Below are positions 36,431 through 46,043 of a stretch of DNA of 64,000 nt, one piece after another. The translations under genes and the position numbers were made by a program. The DNA comes from Betaproteobacteria bacterium (GTDB lineage: Bacteria; Pseudomonadota; Gammaproteobacteria; Burkholderiales; Eutrophovitaceae), in assembly GCA_020346185.1 (NCBI GenBank), contig CP070775.1, positions 3,247,688 through 3,311,687 on the forward strand, written 5' to 3'. The notes under the pieces are model-generated. The model was not told the DNA's origin. It made no database searches and saw nothing but the letters and a program-made list of their open reading frames with translations. Within the stretch, counting starts at the first letter, position 1, and every line of letters begins with the position of its first letter.

Positions 36431-37044
36431 TTTACATTCCAGACCAGTTCAGGATCTCCGATCGTGAAATGTTGTTCCGCATCATGCGGGAAAACAGTTT
36501 CGCGACGCTCATTACGTGCAGCGGCAAAGAGCCGATGGTGGCACACATACCGGTTACGGTGAACGAGGCCAATGATCTGCTGCAGGCCCATGTCGCGCGC
36601 GCTGACCCGATCTGGCAAGAGTTCTCGCCGGATCGGGAGGTAATGTTCATTTTCCACGGCCCTCATCACTATGTCTCCCCGAGCTGGTACACCGCTCATC
36701 CGAGCGTCCCGACGTGGAACTATGCGGTGGTCCATGCCAGCGGATTGCCAACGATCATCGATGATCACGGCAATATAGAGAAGATGCTGCGCAGGCTTGT
36801 CGATGAGCACGAATCGCCCTCAGAAACACCCTGGAGAATGGATTTGCCGGTCGAGTACCTGCAAAGCATGATCGACGCAGCCGTGGCATTCGAAGTTCAA
36901 ATCACCAGCATACAGGGCAAATTCAAGCTTTCGCAGAACCGCTGCCACGCCGATCGCTCCAAAGTGATCGCAGTGCTTAAGCGAGTCGGTAGCGACAGTG
37001 CCTCGCGCCTTGCCGCGTTGATGGCGCAAATTCTCAAGTCCTGA
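36427..37044 (+). CDS. PaiB-family FMN-binding protein (putative transcriptional regulator)
   Basis: Family-typical YIPDQF...FATLIT N-terminus, VPTWNY and GKFKLSQNR motifs. GTG start at 36427 overlaps the murU stop (GTGA). Confidence 0.7.
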   Translation: MIYIPDQFRISDREMLFRIMRENSFATLITCSGKEPMVAHIPVTVNEANDLLQAHVARADPIWQEFSPDREVMFIFHGPHHYVSPSWYTAHPSVPTWNYAVVHASGLPTIIDDHGNIEKMLRRLVDEHESPSETPWRMDLPVEYLQSMIDAAVAFEVQITSIQGKFKLSQNRCHADRSKVIAVLKRVGSDSASRLAALMAQILKS

Positions 37045-37068
37045 CTGCGCAGCCTGCCGCCCTATAAT
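37041..37068 (+). promoter_or_regulatory. Possible sigma-70 promoter for pepP
   Basis: CTGACT-16 nt-TATAAT about 50 nt upstream of the pepP ATG. Confidence 0.35.
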
Positions 37069-37116
37069 CTGCACCTGATCGATTACCATCACAGTCTACA
37101 TAGCCAGCTGCAAAGC

Positions 37117-38412
37117 ATGCACAAGGAATACACTGAACGTCGAAAACGATTGGCCGAAGCAATGGGGAAGGGAATCGCCGTGCTGCGCACGGCTCCCGAG
37201 CGGGTCCGTAACCGCGACGCACATCACCCCTATCGCTTCGACAGCTATTTCTACTACTTGAGCCGGTTCACTGAACCCGATGCTGTTCTCGTGATCACCA
37301 CCGATCCTGCGCCAAGAACAATACTGCTATGCAGGGACAAGGACATCGAACGGGAGATTTGGGATGGCTTCCGCTACGGCCCGGACGGCGCGCGCGAAAC
37401 ATTCGAAGTTGATGAAGCACACTCGATCACCCAGGCCGACCAACTTTTGCCGCAGCTTCTCGAGAATCAGCCGGCCGTGTACTACGAAGTTGGTGGCGAT
37501 CCAGCTTGGGACAGCCGGGTCATCGGCTGGCTCAATGGGGTGCGTGCCAAAGCGCGTAGCGGAGTCACTGCGCCCGCCGAGATCCACGATATCCGCTCGA
37601 TACTGGACGAGATGAGGTTGATAAAAGACGCATCTGAAATCGAGACCATGAAAAAAGCGGCGGGGATATCGGCACGCGCCCACATCCGTGCAATGCAAGC
37701 GACGAAACCGGGAATGAAGGAATATGAAGTAGAAGCCGAGCTGCTTCACGAGTTTCGCCGTAGCGGAGCCCAATCACCCGCCTACACCTCGATCGTCGCC
37801 GGCGGCCCGAATGCTTGTATTCTGCATTACGTCGACAATAACGCGACTCTGAAAGATGGCGATCTGTTACTGATTGACGCGGGATGCGAGCTAAACGGTT
37901 ACGCATCCGACATCACTCGTACATTCCCGGTCAGCGGCAAGTTTTCAGGACCACAGCGCGACATTTACGAACTCGTTCTCGCAGCCCAGGCTGCAGCTAT
38001 CGAACAAGTCAAGCCGGGCAACGAGTGGGAAGATCCGCATCGTGCAGCACTGAACATCCTAGCCCAAGGTTTCGTTGATTTGGGACTGTGCCGGGGCACG
38101 CGCGATTCTGTGATCGAGTCAGGAGACTACAAGAAGTTTTACATGCATCGCACCGGACATTGGCTGGGTATGGACGTCCACGACGTCGGCGATTACAAGC
38201 GCGGTGGGGTGTGGCGCACGCTCCGCCCCGGCATGGTGCTGACCGTCGAGCCGGGTTGCTATGTTCGAGCCGACGAAGGCGTTCCGGAGCGATTCTGGGA
38301 CATCGGCGTGCGAATCGAGGACGATGCAGTAGTGACCCAGGAAGGCCGCGACATCATCACACGGGATGTACCGAAAGAAATCGCAGAGATTGAGACATTG
38401 ATGGCTGGCTGA
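37117..38412 (+). CDS. pepP: Xaa-Pro aminopeptidase
   Basis: 431 aa; M24B metal-ligand motifs (DAGCELNGYASDITRTFP, HRTGHWLGMDVHD, TVEPG). Confidence 0.9.
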   Translation: MHKEYTERRKRLAEAMGKGIAVLRTAPERVRNRDAHHPYRFDSYFYYLSRFTEPDAVLVITTDPAPRTILLCRDKDIEREIWDGFRYGPDGARETFEVDEAHSITQADQLLPQLLENQPAVYYEVGGDPAWDSRVIGWLNGVRAKARSGVTAPAEIHDIRSILDEMRLIKDASEIETMKKAAGISARAHIRAMQATKPGMKEYEVEAELLHEFRRSGAQSPAYTSIVAGGPNACILHYVDNNATLKDGDLLLIDAGCELNGYASDITRTFPVSGKFSGPQRDIYELVLAAQAAAIEQVKPGNEWEDPHRAALNILAQGFVDLGLCRGTRDSVIESGDYKKFYMHRTGHWLGMDVHDVGDYKRGGVWRTLRPGMVLTVEPGCYVRADEGVPERFWDIGVRIEDDAVVTQEGRDIITRDVPKEIAEIETLMAG

Positions 38413-38413
38413 G

Positions 38414-39586
38414 ATGGTGATGTCGGCGCGGATTCATGATGCAGTTGTCGTCGGTGGTGGCCCGGTCGGCTGTGCCGCCGCAATCGCCATGGCCGATGCC
38501 GGCCTCGACGTCGCGGTACTAGAAGCGAATGCCGACGCTCGAAGAGCACCAGACAGCAGAACGCTGGCTCTTTCATGGAACAGCCGGCTGATTCTGCAGC
38601 GCCTTGGGATTTGGTCTGACGGCCTGCCCGCAACCCCAATCAATACCATTCACGTTTCGCATCGCGGCCATTTTGGGCGTACCCGTTTGAATGCCGCCGA
38701 CCTGCCCTTGCCAGCGCTGGGCTATGTGCTGCGCTTTACTGATGTACACGGAGCCTTACTAAAGGCGGCGCACAGGCGCCGGATCGATTTCCACAGTGGC
38801 TTCAAGGTCGGTGCCGTTCAACCGGGATCACCCGTTTCGGAGGTATCGGGTGTCAATGCTGAGGGAGACCAATCGGTCCTGGCGCGGCTCGTTGTCGTAG
38901 CGGACGGAGGCGCCTCGTTGAGCCGCTCGCCGACGAAACGCATCCGCGACCATGACTACGGACAGGTTGCGGTCGTTGGATTGGTGAAATCCGATCGCCT
39001 GCACCGCAATTGCGCATACGAACGTTTCACTGCGGCAGGTCCAATCGCACTGCTGCCTTGTGGTGACGAGTTCGCTTTTGTTTGGACCTGCACCCCAGAA
39101 CGCGCCAACGAACTGCTTGGTCTCGACGATGCCGCTTTTCTGAATGAGCTTCGGCGGGCGTTTGGCGACAGGGCCGGCCGATTTATCGGCGCACGCCTGC
39201 GCTCTTCTTTCCCGCTGATATTGCGACTGATACGTCAACCGCAAGGGGCGGGCGTGGTACTGCTCGGCAACGCGTCGCAGACATTGCACCCGGTCGCCGG
39301 GCAAGGCTTCAATCTCGGGCTACGGGACGCCTGGGATCTGGCGGATGTCATTCGCAGTACGCCGGTCGACGCGCTTCGCACCGCTGCGGTAACGTCGCAG
39401 TTTCGCACACGTCGTCGCACGGATCGGCTCGGTGCGGTCACCTTTACACACAGTGTTGCCAAGTTGTTCTCCAACGACTTCGTGCCTCTGGCCATTGGCC
39501 GCGGCATCGGCCTTGCCATGCTGGACACACTTCCGCCGCTAAAACGTGAACTGATGCGTCGTATGATATTCGGTACCGCAAGCTAA
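38414..39586 (+). CDS. ubiH: FAD-dependent ubiquinone-biosynthesis hydroxylase (UbiH/UbiF/VisC family)
   Basis: 390 aa; GXGXXG (VVVGGGPVGCAAA) and GNASQTLHPVAGQGFNLGLRD fingerprint; pepP-ubiH synteny. Confidence 0.75.
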   Translation: MVMSARIHDAVVVGGGPVGCAAAIAMADAGLDVAVLEANADARRAPDSRTLALSWNSRLILQRLGIWSDGLPATPINTIHVSHRGHFGRTRLNAADLPLPALGYVLRFTDVHGALLKAAHRRRIDFHSGFKVGAVQPGSPVSEVSGVNAEGDQSVLARLVVVADGGASLSRSPTKRIRDHDYGQVAVVGLVKSDRLHRNCAYERFTAAGPIALLPCGDEFAFVWTCTPERANELLGLDDAAFLNELRRAFGDRAGRFIGARLRSSFPLILRLIRQPQGAGVVLLGNASQTLHPVAGQGFNLGLRDAWDLADVIRSTPVDALRTAAVTSQFRTRRRTDRLGAVTFTHSVAKLFSNDFVPLAIGRGIGLAMLDTLPPLKRELMRRMIFGTAS

Positions 39587-39660
39587 GACTCGTCGCCTTT
39601 GTCGCCATTGGTTTGCGATAGAATGATTCCCTTTTTTGCGCCGCTTGCGCCGTCGATGTC

Positions 39661-40668
39661 ATGCAGATTGGTCAGTTCAACATTCCAAACCGGGTGGTCG
39701 CTGCGCCAATGGCCGGCGTTACCGATCGGCCCTTCCGGCAACTCTGCAAGCGTCTCGGTGCCGACATGGCCGTGTCGGAAATGGTCGCCGCCAACAGCGC
39801 CCTATGGAACACGCGTAAGTCGCGACTACGTCGAGATCACACTGGTGAAGCGCAACCCATCGTAGTACAGATTGCCGGCGGTGAACCGAAGATGATGGCC
39901 GAATCGGCAAAACACAACGTGCAACTCGGTGCACAAATAATTGATATCAATATGGGCTGCCCGGCAAAGAAAGTCTGTAACGTCGCCGCTGGATCAGCGC
40001 TGCTGAAAGATGAGCCGCTGGTGGGCCGTATTCTCAGTGCGGTGGTTAACGCCGTCGAGGTGCCTGTCACGCTGAAAATCCGGACCGGCTGGAGTCAGCA
40101 GCAGCGCAATGCGATTCAGGTTGCGAGAATGGCTGAAGCCGCCGGGATCCGGGCGTTGGCAGTACATGGGCGCACCCGTGCCGATCTTTACGGCGGCGAG
40201 GCGGAGTACGACACAATTGCTGAAGTGAAGACGCGCGTGAACATTCCGGTGATTGCCAACGGCGATATCGATACGCCGCACAAGGCTCGGCAGGTTCTGG
40301 ATTACACCGGTGCGGACGCCGTCATGGTAGGCCGCGCTGCTCAGGGTCGACCTTGGTTGTTTCGTGAAATAAGCTACTTTCTTGCTCACGGCCGACGCCT
40401 TAGTACGCCGAGTTTCAAAGAAATCCGCGACCTGCTCACCGGCCATCTCACTGAGTTGTACTCTTTTTACGGCGATTACTCGGGCGTGCGCGTCGCGCGC
40501 AAACACATCGGTTGGTATCTAAGTACGCTCGGCGGGGGTGATGGCTTTCGCCGCCGCATCAACGGGTTAGAATCCGCACAAGAACAGCTCTCGGCAGTAC
40601 GCTCGTTTTTCGATAGTCTGGCATCTCATCGAAATGATGTAACGAAAACCTTTGGACAAGCCGCATAA
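39661..40668 (+). CDS. dusB: tRNA-dihydrouridine synthase B
   Basis: 335 aa TIM-barrel Dus (APMAGVTDRPFR, IDINMGCPAKKV); 1-nt overlap with fis. Confidence 0.9.
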   Translation: MQIGQFNIPNRVVAAPMAGVTDRPFRQLCKRLGADMAVSEMVAANSALWNTRKSRLRRDHTGEAQPIVVQIAGGEPKMMAESAKHNVQLGAQIIDINMGCPAKKVCNVAAGSALLKDEPLVGRILSAVVNAVEVPVTLKIRTGWSQQQRNAIQVARMAEAAGIRALAVHGRTRADLYGGEAEYDTIAEVKTRVNIPVIANGDIDTPHKARQVLDYTGADAVMVGRAAQGRPWLFREISYFLAHGRRLSTPSFKEIRDLLTGHLTELYSFYGDYSGVRVARKHIGWYLSTLGGGDGFRRRINGLESAQEQLSAVRSFFDSLASHRNDVTKTFGQAA

Positions 40669-40901
40669 TGAACGAAAACGAAATTGCCCGCTGCGTGAAA
40701 AGGGCGATGGACGCTTACTTCCGTGACCTCGACGGCGAACGCCCCTGCGCCATTCACGACATGGTCATCTGTTCAGTTGAAAAACCGCTCATCGAAACAG
40801 TTCTTGACCGGGTCGATGGCAACCAGACGCAGGCGGCCCAGTTACTGGGCTTGAATCGAAACACACTACGCAAGAAAATGCGGACCTACGGGATTAAGTA
40901 G
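40668..40901 (+). CDS. fis: DNA-binding protein Fis
   Basis: 77 aa; C-terminal HTH GNQTQAAQLLGLNRNTLRKKMRTYGI; dusB-fis operon. Confidence 0.9.
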   Translation: MNENEIARCVKRAMDAYFRDLDGERPCAIHDMVICSVEKPLIETVLDRVDGNQTQAAQLLGLNRNTLRKKMRTYGIK

Positions 40902-40925
40902 GTAGTATTCCCGCATAGATGTATG

Positions 40926-40961
40926 CCGCCCGCCGAGCTCACTGCGGGCGGTTTCATTTTT
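40926..40961 (+). terminator. Rho-independent terminator after fis
   Basis: CCGCCCGC-10 nt-GCGGGCGG followed by TTTCATTTTT; ends 14 nt before the purH ATG. Confidence 0.7.
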
Positions 40962-40974
40962 GACTCTAAGGCCA

Positions 40975-42537
40975 ATGACAACACGACGCATAGCCCTGAT
41001 CAGCGTTTCAGACAAAACCGGTTTAACCGACCTTGCTAGAACCTTGACGAGGTTTGGCATAGAAATACTTTCCACTGGAGGAACAGCGAGAACCCTGCAG
41101 GACGCCGGACTGGAAGTCACCGAGATCAGCAAATACACGGATTTCCCGGAAATGCTTGATGGCCGAGTCAAAACACTGCATCCGAAAGTGCATGGCGGGA
41201 TCCTCGCGCGACGCGATTTAGACGCACACCTCCGGGCGCTGGAAGAACACAACATCCCCGCCATCGATATTGTTGTGGTCAACCTTTATCCCTTTGTGCA
41301 GACGGTTGGCCGGCCGAATTGCACACTCGAGGATGCCATCGAGAATATCGACATTGGTGGGCCGACGATGGTGCGGGCTGCTGCCAAGAACTGGCGACAC
41401 GTCACCGTCATGACGTGTCCAGCGGACTATCCAGCGCTGATACGGGAAATCGAGGCTTCAGGTGGTGCCATCAGTCAGGAAACACGTTTTCGTCTCGCCA
41501 AAAGTGCGTTTTCCCATACCGCCGCCTACGACTCAGCGATCAGCAATTACCTCACGGCAACCAACATGGACGGCGATCGACAACCTTTCCCCGCACAGGC
41601 GAACATGAATTTCGTCAATGTTCAGAACCTCCGTTATGGAGAAAATCCGCATCAGAAAGCGGCTTTCTACCGCGATCTGGTGCCAACGCCCGGCGGCATT
41701 GCTAACTACGCTCAGTTGCAAGGCAAGGAGCTTTCTTACAACAACATTGCTGACTCTGATGCGGCGTGGGAATGTGTCAAGACGTTTGACCAGCCTGCCT
41801 GCGTCATCATCAAGCACGCCAATCCATGCGGTGTCGGCGTGGACACCTCGGTGCTTGGCGCATACAAAAAGGCGTTCTCGACTGATACTGTTTCCGCGTT
41901 CGGCGGGATCATTGCTTTCAATCGAAATCTCGATGTGCAGGCAGCGGAAGCTGTCATCGAGCAATTCGTCGAAGTCATCATCGCTCCGGCGATCGACCAG
42001 AGTGCACGCGAAATTCTGGGTAAAAAGCAGAATGTCAGGGTACTTGAGGTGCCCCTTGCTGACGCGGCGAACGATTTCGACTACAAACGCGTTGGCGGCG
42101 GCCTTCTGATTCAGTTGCCCGACGTGAAGAATGTGAGCGCTGATGAATTGCGCGTGGTCACCCGCAAGCAACCGGACAGTCGGCAGATGTCCGATCTTTT
42201 GTTCGCCTGGCGCGTGGCAAAGTTCGTGAAGTCAAATGCCATCGTGTTTTGCAGAAACGGTACGACGCTTGGCGTTGGCGCCGGCCAGATGAGCCGCGTT
42301 GACTCGGCTCGAATTGCCTCAATCAAGGCGGAGAAGGCAGGACTGAGTTTGACCGGTTCGATTGTCGCGTCAGATGCATTCTTCCCTTTTCGAGACGGCG
42401 TTGACGTCGTGGCCGAGGCTGGCGCGAAAGCGGTTATTCAACCCGGTGGCAGTGTCCGGGATGAGGAAGTAATCGCCGCCGCCGACGAGCATGAGATGGC
42501 AATGGTCTTCACCGGCATACGCCACTTCCGTCATTGA
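40975..42537 (+). CDS. purH: Bifunctional AICAR transformylase / IMP cyclohydrolase
   Basis: N-terminal [14 protein letters not shown] (MGS-like domain) plus the AICARFT domain. ATG 40975 is preferred over TTG 40960, which lies in the terminator T-tract. Confidence 0.95.
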   Translation: MTTRRIALISVSDKTGLTDLARTLTRFGIEILSTGGTARTLQDAGLEVTEISKYTDFPEMLDGRVKTLHPKVHGGILARRDLDAHLRALEEHNIPAIDIVVVNLYPFVQTVGRPNCTLEDAIENIDIGGPTMVRAAAKNWRHVTVMTCPADYPALIREIEASGGAISQETRFRLAKSAFSHTAAYDSAISNYLTATNMDGDRQPFPAQANMNFVNVQNLRYGENPHQKAAFYRDLVPTPGGIANYAQLQGKELSYNNIADSDAAWECVKTFDQPACVIIKHANPCGVGVDTSVLGAYKKAFSTDTVSAFGGIIAFNRNLDVQAAEAVIEQFVEVIIAPAIDQSAREILGKKQNVRVLEVPLADAANDFDYKRVGGGLLIQLPDVKNVSADELRVVTRKQPDSRQMSDLLFAWRVAKFVKSNAIVFCRNGTTLGVGAGQMSRVDSARIASIKAEKAGLSLTGSIVASDAFFPFRDGVDVVAEAGAKAVIQPGGSVRDEEVIAAADEHEMAMVFTGIRHFRH

Positions 42538-42652
42538 CCGACGACACTGTCTGGCGGGGGTGGGTCTGGCAAGTGAAAACCTTTGGGGGATCTTTACAGC
42601 CATGTTGACTGCACGGCACCGGCTGAGCGCAACGAGAGTGGGCAGCTGTTAA

Positions 42653-43936
42653 ATGGACGTTCTGGTAATTGGCGGCGGGGGTCGCGAACATGCACTCGCC
42701 TGGCGTCTGGCCCGTTCCAGACATATCTCACGCGTCTACGTCGCGCCAGGTAACGCTGGCACGGCACGTGACGAAGGTATTTTCAACGTCGCAATTTCCG
42801 CAGCCAACGATCTGATCGAATTCGCCAAGCGTGAATCGATTTCCATGACAGTTGTCGGGCCGGAAGCGCCGTTAAGCGAGGGTATTGTCGACGCGTTTCG
42901 CGCTGCCGGTTTGCGCATATTCGGTCCGACACAAGCTGCAGCTCAGCTCGAAAGCTCCAAAGGTTTCGCAAAGGCCTTTATGGCGCAACATGGAATACCG
43001 ACGTCGGACTACCGGATCATCGAAGACGCGCGCACGGCACATGATTACATTCATTCTCGCGGTGCTCCGATCGTCATCAAGGCCGACGGACTTGCGGCTG
43101 GAAAGGGCGTGATCGTTGCGCAGACCGAAGAAGAGGCGCACCGGGCCGTTGATATGATGCTGGTCGAGCAGAGCATGGGTGTAGCCGGTGCGCGCGTCGT
43201 GATTGAAGACTTTATCCATGGCGAGGAGGCAAGTTTTATCGCAATGGTCGATGGCCAGCACGTGCTGGCCTTGGCATCGAGCCAGGACCACAAGCGTTTG
43301 CTCGACGGCGACGGGGGTCCCAACACGGGTGGTATGGGAGCTTATTCACCAGCGCCGATCGTTACGCCAGCGATTCACGCACGGGTAATGCGTGAAGTTA
43401 TTCAACCAGTTGTCAAGGGCATGGCAGACGCCGGCACCCCTTACGTGGGCTTTCTATACGCTGGACTGATGATTACCGCCGATGGTGCGCCGAAGGTTCT
43501 CGAATTCAATTGCCGGCTCGGCGACCCGGAGACACAACCTATCATGCTTCGTCTCAAGAGCGACTTATATGTCCTGTTCGACCGTGCGCTCAAGGGCGAA
43601 CTCGACAAGGCGGAGGCCGAATGGGATCGGCGCGTCGCGCTCGGTGTGGTGATGGCCGCTGCGGGCTATCCAGCATCACCCCGCAAAGGCGACGAAATCA
43701 GCGGTTTGCCTGTCGATGTCGAAGACGCACACGTGTTCCACGCGGGAACAACCGAGAACAACGGCAATATTGTTACCAACGGCGGACGCGTCCTGTGCGT
43801 GACAGCACTCGGCGATACGGTGCGAGTTGCGCAACGTCGCGCGTACGAGATCGCCAAGCAAATCCGCTTCGATGGAATGCAGATGCGAACCGATATTGGG
43901 TTCAAGGCGATCAACGCACGCAAGAGCACTTTGTAG
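42653..43936 (+). CDS. purD: Phosphoribosylamine--glycine ligase
   Basis: 427 aa; [20 protein letters not shown] and ATP-grasp domain. Confidence 0.95.
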   Translation: MDVLVIGGGGREHALAWRLARSRHISRVYVAPGNAGTARDEGIFNVAISAANDLIEFAKRESISMTVVGPEAPLSEGIVDAFRAAGLRIFGPTQAAAQLESSKGFAKAFMAQHGIPTSDYRIIEDARTAHDYIHSRGAPIVIKADGLAAGKGVIVAQTEEEAHRAVDMMLVEQSMGVAGARVVIEDFIHGEEASFIAMVDGQHVLALASSQDHKRLLDGDGGPNTGGMGAYSPAPIVTPAIHARVMREVIQPVVKGMADAGTPYVGFLYAGLMITADGAPKVLEFNCRLGDPETQPIMLRLKSDLYVLFDRALKGELDKAEAEWDRRVALGVVMAAAGYPASPRKGDEISGLPVDVEDAHVFHAGTTENNGNIVTNGGRVLCVTALGDTVRVAQRRAYEIAKQIRFDGMQMRTDIGFKAINARKSTL

Positions 43937-43941
43937 ATGCC

Positions 43942-44838
43942 ATGCAAACTGAAGAAATAAGGCGTTACTTTCTCGGCCTGCAGGATAATATCGTCTCTAA
44001 GCTGGAAATTCTCGACGGCAACGCGTTTCGCAGTGACGCGTGGACGCGGCCACAAGGTGGCGGCGGTATCAGCAAGCTTATTGAAAAAGGTAACCTGCTC
44101 GAACGCGGTGGCGTGAACTTCTCTCACGTATTCGGCGACAGGCTTCCACCATCGGCGAGTGCAAACAGGCCGGAGATCGCCGGGCGCCAATTCGAAGCAA
44201 TGGGCGTGTCGCTGGTTCTTCATCCGCGCAATCCGTACGTTCCAACAGTGCATATGAACGTGCGGTTTTTCGCTGCAACCAAGAGTAATGCGACCCCCGT
44301 CTGGTGGTTCGGCGGCGGCATGGATTTAACCCCGTATTACGGCTTCGAAGAAGACTGCATTCACTTCCATGCCGTTTGCAAACAGGCACTCTCTCCATTC
44401 GGTCAGGAGGTTTATCCGGACTATAAGGCGTGGTGCGACCGCTATTTCTATTTGAAGCACCGCAGTGAGCCGAGGGGCATTGGCGGCGTATTCTTTGACG
44501 ATCTTTCTGCTCCCGACTTTGCCACCTGCTTTGCGCTAACTCGCAGTGTGGGCGATCACTTTTTGGAAGCCTATGCGCCGATAGTCGCGCGAAGGCGGGA
44601 CAACCGGTACGGCGAACGCGAGCGTGATTTTCAGGCGTACCGGCGCGGGCGTTACGTTGAGTTCAATCTAGTATACGATCGTGGCACGTTGTTTGGTCTT
44701 CAGTCCGGAGGCAGGACAGAATCGATACTGATGTCTCTGCCGCCAGTCGTGAGGTGGCGATACGATTGGAGCCCCGAACCCGGGTCCAGTGAAGCGCGTT
44801 TGTATGACATATTTCTTACCGGTAAGGACTGGATTTGA
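43942..44838 (+). CDS. hemF: Oxygen-dependent coproporphyrinogen-III oxidase
   Basis: 298 aa from ATG 43942 ([10 protein letters not shown]); motifs [11 protein letters not shown] and [12 protein letters not shown]. The upstream part of ORF 43510.. overlaps purD and is spurious. Confidence 0.9.
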   Translation: MQTEEIRRYFLGLQDNIVSKLEILDGNAFRSDAWTRPQGGGGISKLIEKGNLLERGGVNFSHVFGDRLPPSASANRPEIAGRQFEAMGVSLVLHPRNPYVPTVHMNVRFFAATKSNATPVWWFGGGMDLTPYYGFEEDCIHFHAVCKQALSPFGQEVYPDYKAWCDRYFYLKHRSEPRGIGGVFFDDLSAPDFATCFALTRSVGDHFLEAYAPIVARRRDNRYGERERDFQAYRRGRYVEFNLVYDRGTLFGLQSGGRTESILMSLPPVVRWRYDWSPEPGSSEARLYDIFLTGKDWI

Positions 44839-45009
44839 CTTTATCCGGCGCGAAAGATATCGCGTCTCATACTCCTCGCTCGAGTTTGCATAGAAATTGA
44901 ACTAACACGGACTTCGCACTGCCCCGATCCGTCACGTTTGCAGCAACCACGGCCTGTCCCCCGAAGCGAAACGGCGACGATTCAGCCGCTTAACCAGATA
45001 CGTAAACAA

Positions 45010-45024
45010 TGGCACGCAGTTTGC
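45010..45024 (+). promoter_or_regulatory. Sigma-54 (RpoN) -24/-12 promoter element
   Basis: TGGCACG-cagt-TTGC matches the TGGCACG-N4-TTGC core at every fixed position; intergenic, with no downstream CDS. Confidence 0.5.
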
Positions 45025-45035
45025 GAAGTTTAAGC

Positions 45036-45160
45036 GTGTCGGTAGCGCCAATGTCGCAAGGGAAAGTGTGGCTTGCGGCATTCACTCAGCTCTTCTGGCA
45101 AGCTTTCTCCTGCATGCATAGTTGCCTTAGCCAGCACTTATTAGGTGCTGGCATTTTTTT
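45036..45160 (+). ncRNA. Candidate sigma-54-dependent small RNA (~125 nt, unnamed)
   Basis: Bounded by the sigma-54 element and an orphan terminator. Contains an 11-bp hairpin (45050-60 pairing with 45072-82, one G.U). A 5-bp stem (45097-101 with 45122-26) closes a loop exposing CUUUCUCCU. The 5' end is inferred, not observed. Confidence 0.35.
45130..45160 (+). terminator. Strong rho-independent terminator with no upstream CDS
   Basis: GCCAGCAC-ttattag-GTGCTGGC followed by A-T7; lies ~290 nt after the hemF stop. Confidence 0.75.
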
Positions 45161-45335
45161 CCGAAGCCGATATCCAGCCGCTTCATAACCTTACGAAGCG
45201 TTCATACAGTACATTTAGCCGCGGTAACGCGATCGCCATGGCAGTCAGAATAGCGGCAGGGCCGAGCCTGATCATTCAATGCGCCTTCCACGCAGGCGCG
45301 TGATTCTAGTAAATGCATCATCCCGCGCTCTTCTG

Positions 45336-46043
45336 CTATTCACCAAGGTACGCCTGACGTACCTGCGGATTATCAAGCAGACTTGCGGATTCGCCTTCCA
45401 ACGTAACGGTACCGCTTTCCATCACATAGCTGCGGCCGCTCATAGCGAGTGCCAAGCGGGCATTTTGTTCGACCAGCAAGATGGTGACCCCGTTCTCCGA
45501 GATCTGTCGCACCACCTCGAATATCTTTTCAACCATCAGCGGCGCAAGGCCCATTGATGGTTCGTCGAGCAACAACAACCTCGGCTGACTCATCAGCGCG
45601 CGGCCAATCGCAAGCATCTGCTGCTCTCCGCCAGAGAGCGTGCCAGCGGTCTGATCGCGCCGCTCTTTCAAGCGGGGAAACAGGTGATAGATTCGATCAA
45701 CCTCGCCTCGAATGAGTCCTCTGTCGTTGATGACATAAGCGCCCATACGCAGGTTCTCATCAACCGTCAACCGGCCGAATACGCCACGGCCTTCCGGCAC
45801 CATGGCGATTCCAAGTTCGACCAGTTGATAGGCAGGGCGCCTCGAGACGTCTTCTCCGTTATAACGAACATGACCGCCGTGCTGCAGCAGCCCGCTGACC
45901 GCTTTCAGGGTTGTTGTCTTGCCTGCGCCGTTGGCACCAATAAGCGCCACCATCTCGCCTGCGTCAACACGCAAGTCGATGCCCTTGACAGCGTTGATGC
46001 CACCGTAGGAGACCTTGAGCTTGCTGACTTCAAGCATGCTCAT
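45336..46043 (-). CDS. livF: Branched-chain amino acid ABC transporter ATP-binding protein
   Basis: Walker A GANGAGKTT, signature LSGGEQQ, Walker B LLLLDE. ATG 46043 overlaps the livG stop (ATGA). Confidence 0.9.
   Translation of the reverse strand: MSMLEVSKLKVSYGGINAVKGIDLRVDAGEMVALIGANGAGKTTTLKAVSGLLQHGGHVRYNGEDVSRRPAYQLVELGIAMVPEGRGVFGRLTVDENLRMGAYVINDRGLIRGEVDRIYHLFPRLKERRDQTAGTLSGGEQQMLAIGRALMSQPRLLLLDEPSMGLAPLMVEKIFEVVRQISENGVTILLVEQNARLALAMSGRSYVMESGTVTLEGESASLLDNPQVRQAYLGE

Noticed and set aside
40901-40975. Possible ZTP (pfl) riboswitch upstream of purH.
   Set aside because: No ZTP aptamer-like conserved sequence is visible. The only structure is a simple terminator hairpin, and the space is too short for the aptamer.
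43510-43941. 5' extension of the hemF ORF (442-aa version) overlapping the 3' third of purD.
   Set aside because: The extension is Arg-rich nonsense in a purD alternative frame. The HemF homology begins at ATG 43942, five nucleotides after the purD stop.
45051-45188. 45-codon ORF (MSQGKVWLAAFTQLFWQAFSCMHSC...) inside the candidate sRNA region.
   Set aside because: It has no Shine-Dalgarno sequence, its start codon is buried in the 11-bp hairpin, and the frame reads straight through the terminator stem and U-tract. It is more likely non-coding.
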